From: Mustelus asterias
Lineage: Eukaryota
Length of the DNA stretch: 64,000 nt
Assembly (NCBI RefSeq): GCF_964213995.1
Contig: NC_135826.1
Span: 31,868,001-31,932,000 of the forward strand
Direction: 5' to 3'
Part shown: positions 12,225 through 26,700 of the stretch, piece after piece
Numbering within the stretch: position 1 is the first letter of the stretch
How the letters are laid out: each line of letters begins with the position of its first letter
The notes under the pieces: generated by a model
Database searches by the model: none
The model's input: only the letters and a program-made list of their open reading frames with translations
What the model was told of the DNA's origin: nothing
Position numbers and translations under genes: made by a program

Positions 12225-14702
12225 GTGATTACTGGCACACTGCCTTTACCCTGAAAATAACTCTAAACAATTGCTACGCAGAGCTTTATTCTTTCAATAA
12301 AACAAATCACTAAAAGGTTTTCTTTATGTTTAATGCCTCTTGGGTTTTGTTTTTAAATAGCTGAATAATTTTTATCATACGTATATACTAATATCCAATA
12401 CGTTAAACAGATTTTTATAACACCTCACAAATGAATACATATATTTGAATACATAGCTTGTTATTAACTCTTGGATATTCTGCACATAAAATAATTTGGC
12501 AAATAGCAACAGATATTGGGACTCTAGTTAGATGGCAAGGGCAGTATTATAAGAGCATTTATATATAGCACACAAAATTGCTCTGTTCTCACTATATACC
12601 ACACATCTACAGCAGTTTTATATACCATTGCAAATCCAGCATGTCAGCTAGGAGACAACATGCTTTGAGACAATTATGACATGTAGCACTGAAATTCTGC
12701 AATGCTCTTATTAAGTAGTCATCCCATTTTAAACAGCATTTCTCCCAAAAAGATGGCTTCTGTAATTTATGAAATGGGAACAAAACTTAAAAATAAAAGT
12801 CCATCATCATCTGTCAAGATAAAATCACTACACCATAACTGATACCAGGTACCAGAAGGTGGTCAAAATCAGGGAAATGACAATAAAAAAGGGAAGGGTA
12901 GGGAGCATTGTTCATCTCTATGTTCATCAACACCTCTAATGTTTCAGAAGTCAGATGTAATGTAATACTCCCTCTACATTGCCTCAAATAGGTGAAAATC
13001 CAAATTGAGAAGAACTTCTTCAACCAAATGTACACCACCATCTATTCTGATAAACAGCAAGTGCTTTCCAGGAGTTTTCTAAATTATAAACAGCTTTAAG
13101 CTGTACAGGCATGACTACTGAAAACAAAATCAATACCCACACATTTAGTTGGCTCAAATCAAAAAAGTTTAGTTTAGTTAGGGCATCATGATCAGCATGG
13201 GCTTGGAGGTCTGTTCCTATGCTGTATTTTTCTTTGTTCTTTGACACACGTTTCATGTTGTCAAAGGTAGATTTGAACACAGGAGGTAAACACATTATTT
13301 TCCATTACTCATTCTAAAACCTGGCCTTCTCTTAGTCTAACAAAGCAAGGAAAATAATGAAAATGTTTCTCTGCAGGGCCCATCTAAATTTACAATTCAT
13401 AATGAATGCAGAGGTCTTGAATGTTTGTCAAGGACCTGAATGAAGTATTATAGAAATATTTTTGTGAAGCTAATTCACAATAGGTGGTAAATAGATTTGG
13501 ACTTTCCTAGTTTTAGTTAGAACACATGACTTGTAGGATCACTGTGCAATTCTAGTTTTGAAATGCGTGAAAATACTTTTGTATCTACAAACTTGCAGAC
13601 TTATGTTATCCTGGTTGTTATGTGTGTGTTATCCTGGGTGCAATTATTATAGACTTCAAGTCACATTGTGAAACACCACTTTTACCATTGAACAGCTTTA
13701 CTCGCTTCAGTTGGGGGTCAGAACGTTCATTCACAAATACAAACAACTTGAAAAGGCACTCACTCACTATTACAGAACACTGAAAGCAGTTTTACAGCTC
13801 AACAAAAGACCACAGATGGTATAAAATAACAGAAACAGGCATACAAAATATAAGTCTTAGTAATGATTGCCACTAAAAGGTTAAAAAATTCAAGTGCTTT
13901 TCCCATCCATATTTGTACAGTTTGAGCAAAAAGTATTTTCAGCATTATAAGCAGCAAGACATTTTAATTTCTCCAATACATTTTGGGCTTCATTGGATTT
14001 TTACATCTAGTATTAGAATTTTAGCCAATTCATAATTTGAATTAAAATAAGGTAACTATTTTATGCAGTTCAACATGATGTTAACCTACCGAAGCCAAAC
14101 AGTCCAACAACAAAATACTTAATGGAAGTAATCTTCCTGATTAATATTTTGAAAATCCTTGTAATAGTTACAAAATATATATATATATATGTATATAGGC
14201 ACACAGGAAAGCCTATTATTCAAGGTTTCTTTTCAAACATTATGCTCATTTCCATAATCAAGCTTTGTTTAGCATTCTCACTGCATTTCTACAGAACTTT
14301 ATATTCAATGTACATTTTCCAATACGAACAGAAAAATATTTACAGGTAGCACAAAATAAAATGTGCATCACATATTGCTTGGCATCTGCATTTTGATCTG
14401 ACAGTGTAAAGTAGCTGGTTTTTTATATAAACTGTACAAGAAAATTAGAATATCCGCACTTAACTAGACCTTAATTCAAAACCTTTGGCAGTCTTTTCAA
14501 ACACTTCTTTGTAAACAAACATAATTGAAAACATACTTTTAAAAATTCAAGCTGTTTGGAATGAGCAGCAAATTCCTTCAAAGTGTCTTCGTTCTAAGAT
14601 CCATCCAAATGAAAAAATCAATACCAGCATGATGAAACAGTTTCTTGTATATTTATGGGATAGTTGGCATTTTCCCTACTTAACACACCATTTCTTCAAT
14701 CA

Positions 14703-14744
14703 TCATCGTATCCTTGTAAAGAGATTCAGCACAGATATAGATTC
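14703..14744 (-). CDS. FZR1: FZR1 last coding exon (IR tail)
   Basis: [13 protein letters not shown] followed by tandem TGA TGA; AT-rich 3' UTR follows, with candidate AATAAA signals at 12285-12290 and 11416-11421. Confidence 0.96.
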   Translation of the reverse strand, partial: ESISVLNLFTRIR

Positions 14745-17700
14745 CTGTAAATTAATTCAAAAGAAAATGTCAAGTTTTCAATTCACGGGCTTTACCCCCC
14801 CATCCAAACATTTTATTTATCTCACATTTATTATTGCTTCACTGGCCCAATATTTGGTATTCCTTGTACGATATGTTTTTTTTGTGTAGATCAACTGTCA
14901 CTCGTATATGAAGTATTTGTTTAATGTGAAGCATTCAGAACCATATCTTCCTTACTTACACACGCAGACACACAATCCATTTTAGTACAAGAACATTTAT
15001 AGGTTCAGCAGACGATGTCATTGCCAGTATCCAAAGCACCTGGACAACCAGTTAGTTTAATTAGCAGGCATGATTTGACAACATGAGCCAGCTTGTATTT
15101 GTCCACAAGGCTGTTTATCATCCTGAAGACCCCAAAGACGAAGATTTGTGGCACAGTCCCTGTGCAGTTTGAAAGCAGTTGAGAAATACCAAACTATGAC
15201 GTGGGCTACTTGATTTGATTGTATGTAAAACATCAGAGATAAAGTGGCGATTTATAGAAGAGGCTCTCAACAATATTGTTTCCAAAGCAAAGTGTCATAA
15301 AATTCCACGCAATACAAGTATCTTGTCTGCATAAAAAGTTATAAAATTAAACATTTTTATTTTACTTACTTAACATAATCCTTTCCATCATCAGCTAGTG
15401 CAGCATGACCCTGTTGATGTTCCTGTGCTACTACTTCCCCTCTCAACACTTGGGGAGGGTGTCAGTGAGGGATGTGCATTGCAAGCCAGTCCTCACCACG
15501 TGGAAGCTGCTTCAACAATATCTTGTGTACATAAGCCTAGTTTGAAGCAACATTGCTGTTGCGGGGAAAGGAAGCAGTCTCAATCCAGTGAGTGGAGCCT
15601 TTGGAAATGGCATGTGAACAGCGATGGCTCCTTTTCTCCTTCCCCCATCCCCATCCTCATTGCAAATCCCTTAAAATCTCATCCACCCAGAGTTGAGAAG
15701 CCCAGACTTATAGGAGTGTCTACTGCCCACTCTTCATGCTATTAAGTTGACAAGGAAACATCAAAAGTCAATCAAAAAAAGTTGACCAGATTGAGAACCT
15801 TGAAGAGAGTTCTGCTAATAGTGATAAAACAAATTGGATTGAATTGGTAACATGACATTTGTCATTGTGCATTTACCAATTGCGATGGAGTTATGCTGCA
15901 AGGGACCTGTAACCAAACAAGTGGACCAGATCACAAGATGCCTGATACATGCCTTATAGTAGCATACAGTTCAGTAACCACCAGCTTAGTGTGGAAAGCA
16001 AGCCCAAATGGGAGAGCGTTATTACTCAAACAAAAAACAAAGAGCATTGGGAATATGAGCATAAAGTGGAGGCCTTTGTTTTGCAGGCAAATCTGACATG
16101 ATTTGTAATTAAGTATTTTAAGTCTGAAGTAGATGGTTTTTGTCGATTAGTGATTGGTTGAGGGAGACACCAAGCAAAAAGGATGAGCATCACATTTTAA
16201 GAATGATCACATTTATGAAAAGTTCACAAAAGGTACCAGCACTGTGCACATGAAAAATAGAGGACATTGTTTTTGTAGTACTTTAAAATGCTACCTCAAA
16301 CTCTGTCATAAGTTTTATGCTATCAGTCAGAATGAAAAAAAACTAGCTTGATTTACGCCACCTGGTTTCCATAGGACGGTGCACTTTATCCAGGCATACC
16401 AAACATAGGTGCCAGAAAGCACAAAGGATTATGGATTTTAGAATTTTCACAATGTCACAAAAGCATTTGTTAAGCATCCTCAAATGAACTGTTGTGGGAT
16501 TGTATTGATTATTTGTTAATTGGCCTCTGTAAACAAAGTGTAATTGGCTTTCCAGACATTTCACCAAGATTTTCTTGTACCTCTGACCAGAGGTAGTCAA
16601 GACTGACATGGATAAATAATGGTTCAAGGTGACTATGTGCGACGTTGATGAGAATGGTATATAATATGCTGGTTTTGGTTGGCTGTTGATTGATGTGAAC
16701 CAGCTGATGTCAGGGCAGTAGTCTTGACCCCATCTGACTGAGCAGATGGTGTCATATCATCTATTGTCTTGTATCAGGTTGTGGTCATTACAAGACACCC
16801 AACTTTGTAACCGTCTTTGTCAGATTGCAAGTAACCCCCACTTGAATGGCACCTATTTATAAACCCCAATGTAGAGAACTGGGTTTCACTTGGTGACTTA
16901 TCGCAATCTGGAATGATAAGTGGATAAGAAGCAAATGCAATTAAGATGCCACTATGGACGTAAGTATTATACTCCCCAGTCACAAAGCAAGGCAGATGAT
17001 CTTTCCTAGTCTCTACAAATATTGCATCACAACTGGTTGATGGCGGTTTAACAGATTGGTACAATATCATAATCTGCTCTTCTTGCATCTCTCCTCTGAC
17101 TCTGTAGGGGGAAGTGTAGCTCTGCTAGACCTTAAAACTGTCCAACGAATTAAGGAACCAATAAAGGGGCAGAACTGTAGGAACAAAATATGCTCTAATA
17201 GTAAATTCCAATGTTGCAATAAACCAGCAACTCCTACACAGCATGGCTCTATAATGAATCAAATATAAGATCCACAGATTCTCCAATTAGAATCACTGAT
17301 TCACAGAACATTTTATCAGCACAGCTACCTAGAATATCATACCTTAGTTGAACGAGTTTTACTAAAAACATTCCAGAATCGGAGTGTTTCGTCTCCAGCT
17401 CCAGTTACTATGGCTTCGCCATCTGGTGACATTGCCTGGAGATAAGAATAGAAAATACAATTCAGTGCATTCACATTGTTTTATTAGAACTGTACATTGC
17501 TTTTGTAGCTTTAAAAGAAAAAAAACTTTTCCACAAAATCTGCTTTTGCTTTCTAATCATTTAATTCCTTTCCTAACAGGGAAAGGGCTGATGGGAGACT
17601 CATTTAACTAATCACTGTTCAAATGAGAAGTCTGGTGAGACAGGACACTTGCCTTCCTAAAGAAAATCTACATTTACCCATCTGTCGTGATTCATAAAAA

Positions 17701-20700
17701 TATATACTAGTGAATCATAAAAACCCTACAGTGCAGAAGGAGGCCATTCAGCCCATCGAGTCTGCACCAACCACAATCCCACCCAGGCCCTACCCCCATA
17801 TCCCTACATATTTTACCCGCTAATCCCTCTAACCTACGCATCCCAGGACACTAAGGGGCAATTTTAGCATGGCCAATCAACGTAACCTGCACATCTTTGG
17901 ATTGTGGGAGGAAACCGGAGCACCCAGAGGAAACCCACGCAGACACGAGGAGAATGTGCAAGCTCCACACAGACAGTGACCCAAGCCGGGAATCGAACCC
18001 AGGTCCCTGGAGCGGTGAAGCAGCAGTGCTAGCCACTGTGCTACGGTGCCGCCCCTAGTGTAAACTCTCTTATATTTTGAGGCTATTGTACAAATAGTAT
18101 TTGTGAGAGAAACACAGGAAAACAAAGTTTTTTTAAAATCACAACTCTGAAAGTGGCTCCTTCTCCAGCAGATGTAGTGACAGGTCAGTATCGGCTGGAG
18201 CCCGGCCTCCCTAAAACAGTTTCCTCTATTGCAGTTCAGCAAGTTGAGGTTGATTATTTGATCTTAGATTCCAATATCTTTGTCTTGTGAGAGTTGTGCT
18301 AGTCTAGTTTAGTGCAGGGCACTCCCCAGTATACAGACCAGCAAGCCCAAGCTACAATGTTTAGGACTGTAAGGCCATTCATGCACCTGTTGGTTTCCTA
18401 GACTGCAGGTCAGAATTGCTGGGTGCAGAGACATGGCCAAAGTAAGTGCTGGCCACAGTACAACTATCTGGTAATGGAAAGGTGAAATCTATAGAGTTTA
18501 TGTAGTTTGTGGTAGAAGCGATTTGCGGCAAATTAAATGTATGATTTATAGCAGACCGTCTTGCATTTTGCCATAAGTGGTAATGTTTCAGATCTGGTTC
18601 CAGACCTCCTCTCTTTACTCCCTGCTTCACTAAAGTCAGCCTAGATCTCCAGGCCTTTTGCGGAATCCTTGGTTCTGCTGGTAAGCATGGTGCATAGCAT
18701 GGAGATGCATACGGAGCCGGTTGGGGAGTGGAGGAAAAGTTCCAGGGGATTAGCACAAGTATTGCATATTTCTTGGAGGTAGTGCTACAATTGGAGATAG
18801 CTTTATACTCTTTGCTGGAAGAAGTGACATTTCTTCAAGGCATTTCTTTTCTTGGTTCAAAGCCTCGGGCATACAATTTCCCTAAATTCAAGTTCAATAT
18901 TCTAGGACTGAAAGGATGAAGTTGATTTGTGGTGAAAAAGGAATCTGTTTTAGGGAGGAAGGGCTCCAGTCTTCGTTGGCCTGTCGATACGTTCTCTGGC
19001 AAAAGAACTACTTTCATAGTGGCCATATATCTTTACCAAAGCCGCTCACATGCTGGCCTAGATTAAAGTAGTTGGTGCTGAGCCTGTAGGGTTAATTCGT
19101 TGATGTTCGCAATATCGAACCCAATGTTACATTGACTGACATACCCTAAACTGCCCTTGCAGATCTTTGTCCTGCTGAAGCCATGTCTGTATTATTGCAT
19201 GCAAACTAACTGACATTACTGAGCAGAGATTAAATTCATGAGATACAATTAACAACAGATTTTTTGTCAACAATAGTTCCAAATTAACATCTTAAAACTA
19301 TCATTTGAAGGCTGCTTATGCTTAATGTCAACATTAGCAAAACAGAGTAATCTTGCAAGATTAGGCAATCAGCCTTGTAGGTTTTTAGCATTAAACATGT
19401 GTAGATTATAGAGCCAAAAATGTTTCAACTCCAATCCTTACATTATACAAAATGTGAATATGAAAATCATAATGAGTAACTCACCAAGTATAGCACTCTG
19501 TATGAATGTCCAGTCAGTTTGGCTACTTGTGTTAATGATGGATACTTCCACACAAGGATTTGATTTTGTGAATATCCATGAGTACTCACCTACAAATAAT
19601 AAGAACTGTTTTAGTGGTACAATTGCAAAAAGGTACGTAAAACCTCAGAGGTACCACGTAAAATGTGCGAAATAAAAAAGGTTAATCAATTGTGCTCCAG
19701 TCATTATTACTGTAACATGTTGTTTTTACACAGCTGCACCAAAATTTTCCAATGCTACAATGTAATTTCTACATGTATGCTGCAGTTCCATTAGTGCCCA
19801 ATCCCAACAAAGTCTTTTTCTCAACCACTGTAAAATCTGCAAAACCTTTTACCCATTACTGTCTCCCCAGTTATGTATTCATGATGAAAACACAATGATT
19901 TACTTACTAAGTTAATTCTTTGTAATTTCTACTGAGCCAAGAAAACAATATTAAAACAATTCCCCCCCCAAAAATTAAATACACTAAACTCAGATAAAAT
20001 GTAATTTTACTCATTCTCAGAATATGCCCATCACTGGCATGGCCAGCATTAATTGCCACCCTTGGATTTGGCAAACTAAATGATTAGTTAGGCAAGATTG
20101 CCGTCAAGGTTAACCACACTGGTTTGTGATTTGAGTCACAGATAAGCCGGAGCAGGTAAGGGTGGCAAACTTTCTTCTCTAAAAGGATATTTGTAAACTT
20201 CTTGTGTTTAAGACAGTTCAATAGCTTAGCTTTGACCGACACCAAATGCACTGAAAGAAACAAATGAATTACTTTGTACTTACCAGTTCATTTGCATGTT
20301 TGGACCAGGCAAGGTTGCACACCTGGGAACCTGTATCAATGCACTGCAAAGGCTGAGACGTAAGAGTATTCCAGAAACGGATGCACCGGTCAGCAGTTCC
20401 ACCACCTGATGCAAGGAGGCCATGCTGATGGGGGGACCAGGCAATAGCTTTCACCGCTGCAAGATGTTCTGTATACTGCTGCACTGGCCCAGAACTGGAG
20501 TTGTTCCACACCAGAAGCTAAACAATTATACAAGTTAAATGCAAAATAATCAGATTTTGTAATATGAAGTACAACCTGTTTTGTCTTTAAATAATCCATG
20601 AATCCTAAAATTTACGTGAATCAAGGTACAATAGACTTCCAGAAATCACATTCCACTTACTTCCATCCACCACCTCCCACCCCTGCCAAGAATAGAAAGA

Positions 20701-23700
20701 ATTTTAGTCACTATTCTTCACTAATACCAGGAGTTTGTAGATTGATGGACTAACTCAGTATCCTAAGCAGCATGCAACGGACATTTAATAAAGCTGATCA
20801 AATCACTTCAGATGAACTGAAGATATGGAAATTGGACCCCCATTAATAAGAGTGTCGCACAACATTTCAATTAACATAAACTGGGTTCGTTCAGCGCTAG
20901 AAAATAAATCCACCTACGTGGAGACTATAATGTTTTTAAATTATTCTGCTCAATCAGCAAACCAAATGGTTTGATCATTCCCAAATGGTATCATTGCTGT
21001 GGACACACACATCTACCTGTACTTGATTGCACAGCAATGGCACAGGCCATTAGTTTATAAAATCTTAAGTTCAACTGACAGTTTTTTTTTAAGTAAGGAA
21101 GTGCAAGCCCAGGTAATGCTAACTATATTCAAAAAGTGAACATGCAGACAGTACAAATCTAATTTCCACCAATGCTACTCAAAATAGGCTGTTTCTATGG
21201 GGAAACCCTAGCTTATTCTTGCCACTTTGTCTTAGCCATGCAGTTGTGAATGGCAAACAGCTGCTAAAGGGATATTGGTGGACAGAACACCACATTAAAG
21301 CACATACTGGGACTTTAAATGCTAACTTCCATATCTACAAGTCTTCCTCTGTACCCATTTTGTTCCATATTCCTTTTCAATGTACTTTCTCAACGGTTCA
21401 AATTGCGTTTTAGTACCTCATTCCAATGGCAGATACTCATGTAAGAGCTGCAAAAGTGAATGCGGTCAACTAGTGCTCTTAGAAAGATCATAGCCAGATC
21501 ACAGCCAAGGCTGTTCTAGTTCATGAGTTCTTTTTATATTGGAATTACTTGATAGGGATCAGGAATGGGAGGCCCATTTCAGCTCCTGGAACAAAAGAGC
21601 ATCAAACTCAACTGTAAATTCCCTATGGCAACTACAGCCGAGATCAGCTGATTCAGTTTTCATAATGTTCGTTATTTACAGATTCTATTACCTTGTTATC
21701 ATTTCCTCCAGAGGCCAGAAGCTGGTGATCTGTCGACCATTTCAAACCACAAACTTCCTGTCTGTGTCCCTGAAGTCGCCGCTCTGATTGCAACGGTGGG
21801 GTACGGATATCTCTCTGAAGAATAAGACGGTCCCTACTTCCTGATGACAGCTGATCAGCATTCCATGCAAGGGCCCCTATGACCAAAAATCAAACTTAAA
21901 TGTAAACTGCTTGCTGTGCTGAAAATGAACATAACCACTGACATGTCGATTTTATTTTACAGAAAGCTGCTTCAATTTGAGTTGGTTGGGAGCCAATTTG
22001 TTTGCTGAGATCAGTCTACTGAAAGGAATAAACAAAATTCTTTCATTTCTACCAAAGTTTAATCCTGCATACACAACATGGAATAGCATGTTTATCTGTA
22101 ATGTCTTTAAAAGTCCACTTTTGTGTCAAATGTTTTCCCATTTGGAAGTGGATCAGTTTTGTGAATATTTTATTTCAGCTTCCAATATCTTAGACTTGTA
22201 GATTTTGTGAAGTTGCAAATAAAAAGACAGACATAGCAACTGTACTGGGACACCTCGCATTAGTTGGTACTGCTATGAATATACTTTAAATAAAACTGGA
22301 CACAGAGAACAAATGAGAGGTATTTCTGTCAAAGACAAGAATCTCTCAGTATATACAGCCATAACTGTCAAAGCTGAGGTGAGAATGTAGAAGAAGTTGG
22401 TGCCAGAGAGAAAACTAATTGAAGATGGTGGAGGGTACTGGAGGACATGCAGATGTTACAGAGAAAGAAAGAGCTGAAAACCTAAAGACATTAAGACAGT
22501 GCCAAGAATTATTAATTTGAGGCATCAGGGTACTGGAAGGTATGTGGATAAAAGGGGATACAGGTGGGAAGCAAGGAGAATTTGGTACAGCACAGGATAT
22601 GACTAACTGACATTTGTACAAACTACAATTTAAGTAGGGTGGAAGATGGAAGGCTAACAAGGGGAGCATTGAAGTAATCTGAAGAGATGATAAAGACACA
22701 AATGAAGATGTCAACAGTGAATGGGCTGAAGTAGGAGCATAAATAGTCTTTGTGATAGAAGCTCATTGAGTTGGAAACTCAGTTTGAATTAGATAGGGCA
22801 CCAATGGTGAAAAAACATTTGACTCACCCTGGAGTAATGCCCAAGGAGTTAAATGTGAGGGACGAAAATGTGTGCTGGTGCTAAAGATAATTATTCTTGT
22901 TTTGCCAATATTTAAAAGGAGGAATTTTAAACAAGGAAGTGGTCATATTAGGGTTAGGGTAAACTTATGGCATGCACAAGGGTGCACTGGAAATTCTGGC
23001 TACTTATGGAAATGGCCTTTCTACCATGAACATAGGAGGGGAGCAAAAAGAGAGAGCCTGAATTGTTGGTGTTGTTTACTAGTGTAGTACCGAAGGTGTT
23101 CCTTGTTAAGGCAAGAAATGGTCTGCTTGTTCAAGTGAACATTAAGGATCCTATGGTGCTATTCAAATGATCATGGAGTTTTCCAGTTACACTCAAAAAT
23201 CACCACCAAAAACTGATCATATGATGATTTATCTGACCGGTTTGTAAACTGGTTTCCATATTTACCTACTTGTTACAGGATTTCAAAAATGATTCATTAT
23301 ACAAAGTGCTTCAAGATACAGGATGAATAGGAACAAACAAAAAAAGACAAAGTGCATTAATAACGCCAGGTTTTATAACATGATTATCTTTGGACTGTCT
23401 TCATTTAAGAAAAAAATTAGTAGAGACATCATTTGCTGAGTTCTGCCTGACAACAAGCCTGTGCACACCTTGGTTACCATGGACACTCGGTGGGGGAGTG
23501 GGGTGGGGGTGCAGGTGGCGGCCGCAAGACTTACTGAATCATAGAAATCATAGAAACCCTACAGTGCAGAAGGAGGCCATTCGGCCCATCGAGTCTGCAC
23601 CGACCACAATCCCACCCAGGCCCTACCCCTACATATTTTACCCGCTAATCCCTCTAACCTACGCATCCCAGGACACTAAGGGGCAATTTAACATGGCCAA

Positions 23701-26700
23701 TCAACCTAACCCGCACATCTTTGGACTGTGGGAGGAAACCGGAGCACCCGGAGGAAACCCACGCAGACACGAGGAGAATGTACAAACTCCACACAGACAG
23801 TGACCCGAGCCGGGAATCGAACCCGGGACCCTGGAGCTGTGAAGCAGCAGTGCTAACCACTGTGCTACCGTGCCGTCCAAGTGCCATATTTCATACCTGA
23901 ACACAAATACTAAGGCAGCTGTCTTGCCTTGTGTGGACAGGCTCCCAGGCAGACTGAGAAAAAATAACCCTGGACCTGAAGAGAGAGAGAGAGAGGGAAA
24001 GAGACAGACACACACACACACACACACAAAGGCTGCAGCTTATGCAGTCAAAAGAGGAGAGTGCTGCCGTACTGTGAACTGCCTGGTAGAATACAGGGGA
24101 ATTTTTATACTCTGGTCAAAGAAGGAACACTTGCAGTGATTTAAGGACACTGGAAGATTCGTCCTGGTGAGGTTCAGAGAAGGAATCACCAGAATTACTT
24201 ACTGCTGAAAGTTGTCGATTCAGGAATTCTCTGAAAATGATGGGAAGTTTCTTTTGATGGTCATAGTCAGAGTCGTACAGCGTAAAAAATACCTTTCAGA
24301 CAATTGATTCTGCACCGACAATAACTACAATTAAAGGTGTGCTAATTCCATTTTCTTGCACTTGTCTCATATCCTTGAATGTTATATTTCAAGTGCTCAT
24401 CAAATACTTGTTAAAGTTTGTAAGGTTTCCAGCCTTGACTACCTTCCCAGGCTGTGCATTCCAGATTTCCAGCACCCCGAGTGATTTTTTCCCCTCAAAT
24501 CCCCTCTGAGTCTCCTGCCCCTTACCCTAAAACTATGCTCCCGCGTGATTGAGCCCAACCAAGGGGAACAGGTGTGCCCTACTCACCCTGTTCATGCCCC
24601 TCAACATTATACACCTCAATCATGCACACACCCCCTCCCCCCATCTTCTCTGCTCTAAAACAAACAATCCAAGTCTATCCAGTCTCTCCTTATAGCCTAA
24701 CTTCATTGCAGCGTTAATGTAAGCCTTACTTGTGACTAATAAATAAACTTAACTCAAATGCTCCATCGCAGGCAGCATCCTGATGAACCTCTCTGACCCC
24801 CTATAATGCTATCACATTCTTCTTATAATGAGGTGACTAGGACTGCACAGAGTACTCCAGCTGTGGCCTAACCAACACTCTGTACATTCCAACATTACCT
24901 CCTTGTTCTTGAACTCTTTTTCATGACTGATAAAAGCAAGTATCCCATATGTCTTCTTAACTATCCTATTCATGTGTTCTGCTGATTTCAGGGATCTGGG
25001 AATAAGTGCCCAAGATCTATCTGTTCCTTTGAGCTTTCCAGCATCCTGCCATTTATTAAATACTCCCTCGCCTTGTTTCTTCTTCCAAAGTGCATCAGCT
25101 TGCACTTATCAGAGTTAAATACCATCTGCCACTGCTCTGCCCACCTAACCAACCCATCCATATCCTCCTGTCCCTACAATCATCTTCTTCACTATTAACC
25201 ATCCTACCAATCTTGGTGTCGGCTTCAAACTTGCTTAACCCCCCACATTTTCATCTATATAATTTATGTATATAGCAAACAATAAGAGTATCAGTACTGA
25301 TCCTTGTGGTACATCACTGGACACTGGTCTCCAGTCACTCGAACAGCCTTGTACCACCATCTTTTATGTTCTATTACTAAGCCAGTTTCTGATCCCATCT
25401 CGCCAAGTTTCCCTGAATTCCATGTGCTTCCATGTCATGGGACATTGCAAATCAGCAAAACAGGGAGAAGTGAATCCAGTGGAAGCTGGGAATGACTACG
25501 GGCTGTTTCCTATAAAGACTGTAATCCTGTGGAGTGTGTGCTGTAAAGTATATATGCAATGTGAGGTTATTGGTTGTGTTATGTTAACAAAGGTGATCAT
25601 TTCTGTAGCTTAGAGTAATAGTTGCCCTCTAGGAAATACTTAGTCGATGCTTATTTTAGTTCTTTACCGTAGAAATCCCAAAACTTAAATCTCGTCATGC
25701 AATTTCTTCATGTCGGTCACTAGAAATGTAAATATCCTTTAACAAGTTATTGGTCTGTATTGGGATCGTAATGTGTAAACAAATGGAAGTGAGAAGAAAA
25801 TAAATGAGAGGCAATGGCGGGGGTGGGGTGGCAGGTAGAGATGAAATAACAACCTCGGCCATGCATCATTTAAATAAAATTCCTGCCTCTAAGTTATGAA
25901 AAAATTGAAATGAACAGTAATAATTTATCAAAAATTGAAAAATAATCTTCATCCTCCATACAACCATTTTATTAATTCTGAAGTGTTGCATTCTAAATGT
26001 AATAGTGAGAGCATTCCAGTTATGCCAGTGTCTTATGCTGAAAAGGGCTAACAAGAGTCCTTTTGGGGCTTATGAAAATTTGAAGGATACACAAGTTGGC
26101 TGCAAAATCAAATGCTTTACTCAAAATGTTGTCTCTGTTCCTTCATATTCTTTATTCTAATTATTTATTGGTTATATGAACATGTTTGTGCTCCACAAAG
26201 TTGTAGCAGGATTCAAAATTCTAGCTTAAAGATGCTTTTGGCAAATCCATGAAATTCAACCCAACAACTTACCCACTCGAGCGGAGTGCCCTTCAAGTGT
26301 GGATAATTTCTTCCCTGCAGCTGTATCCCAGATCTGAACATATCCTTTGTGCGTCCCAACAGCTACCAAATTTCCCTAGAGTAAATCAAATAATTATGAT
26401 TCCAAAATCTTTTTCAGTTACCACTTGTAAATGATAACCATTATTGTTACTAATAAAGGTTGAAAATTAAGCCAATACATTATATTTAAAAAAAACGTAT
26501 TTTTACTGAAAATGATAACTTTGTATTATTATAGCAATTAAAATGCCCATTTGAAAGTTTTCTTTCTGACATATAGCCTCAGTATTGTTAGTATAAAAAC
26601 AAAATTAGCTACCTTAGACCTACATCATACTTGAAACTAAAAGATCCACCTCCTACCACCAGGAATAAATCAAGGATTTACCTCCAAAGGTACGGGAGAT

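Noticed and set aside
17990-18054. tRNA-like sequence with A and B boxes
   Set aside because: SINE head, not a tRNA gene.
18379-19026. Two same-frame minus-strand ORFs separated by a single TGA (~216 codons)
   Set aside because: No recognisable motif; a few such runs are expected by chance in 64 kb. Worth one BLASTx at most.
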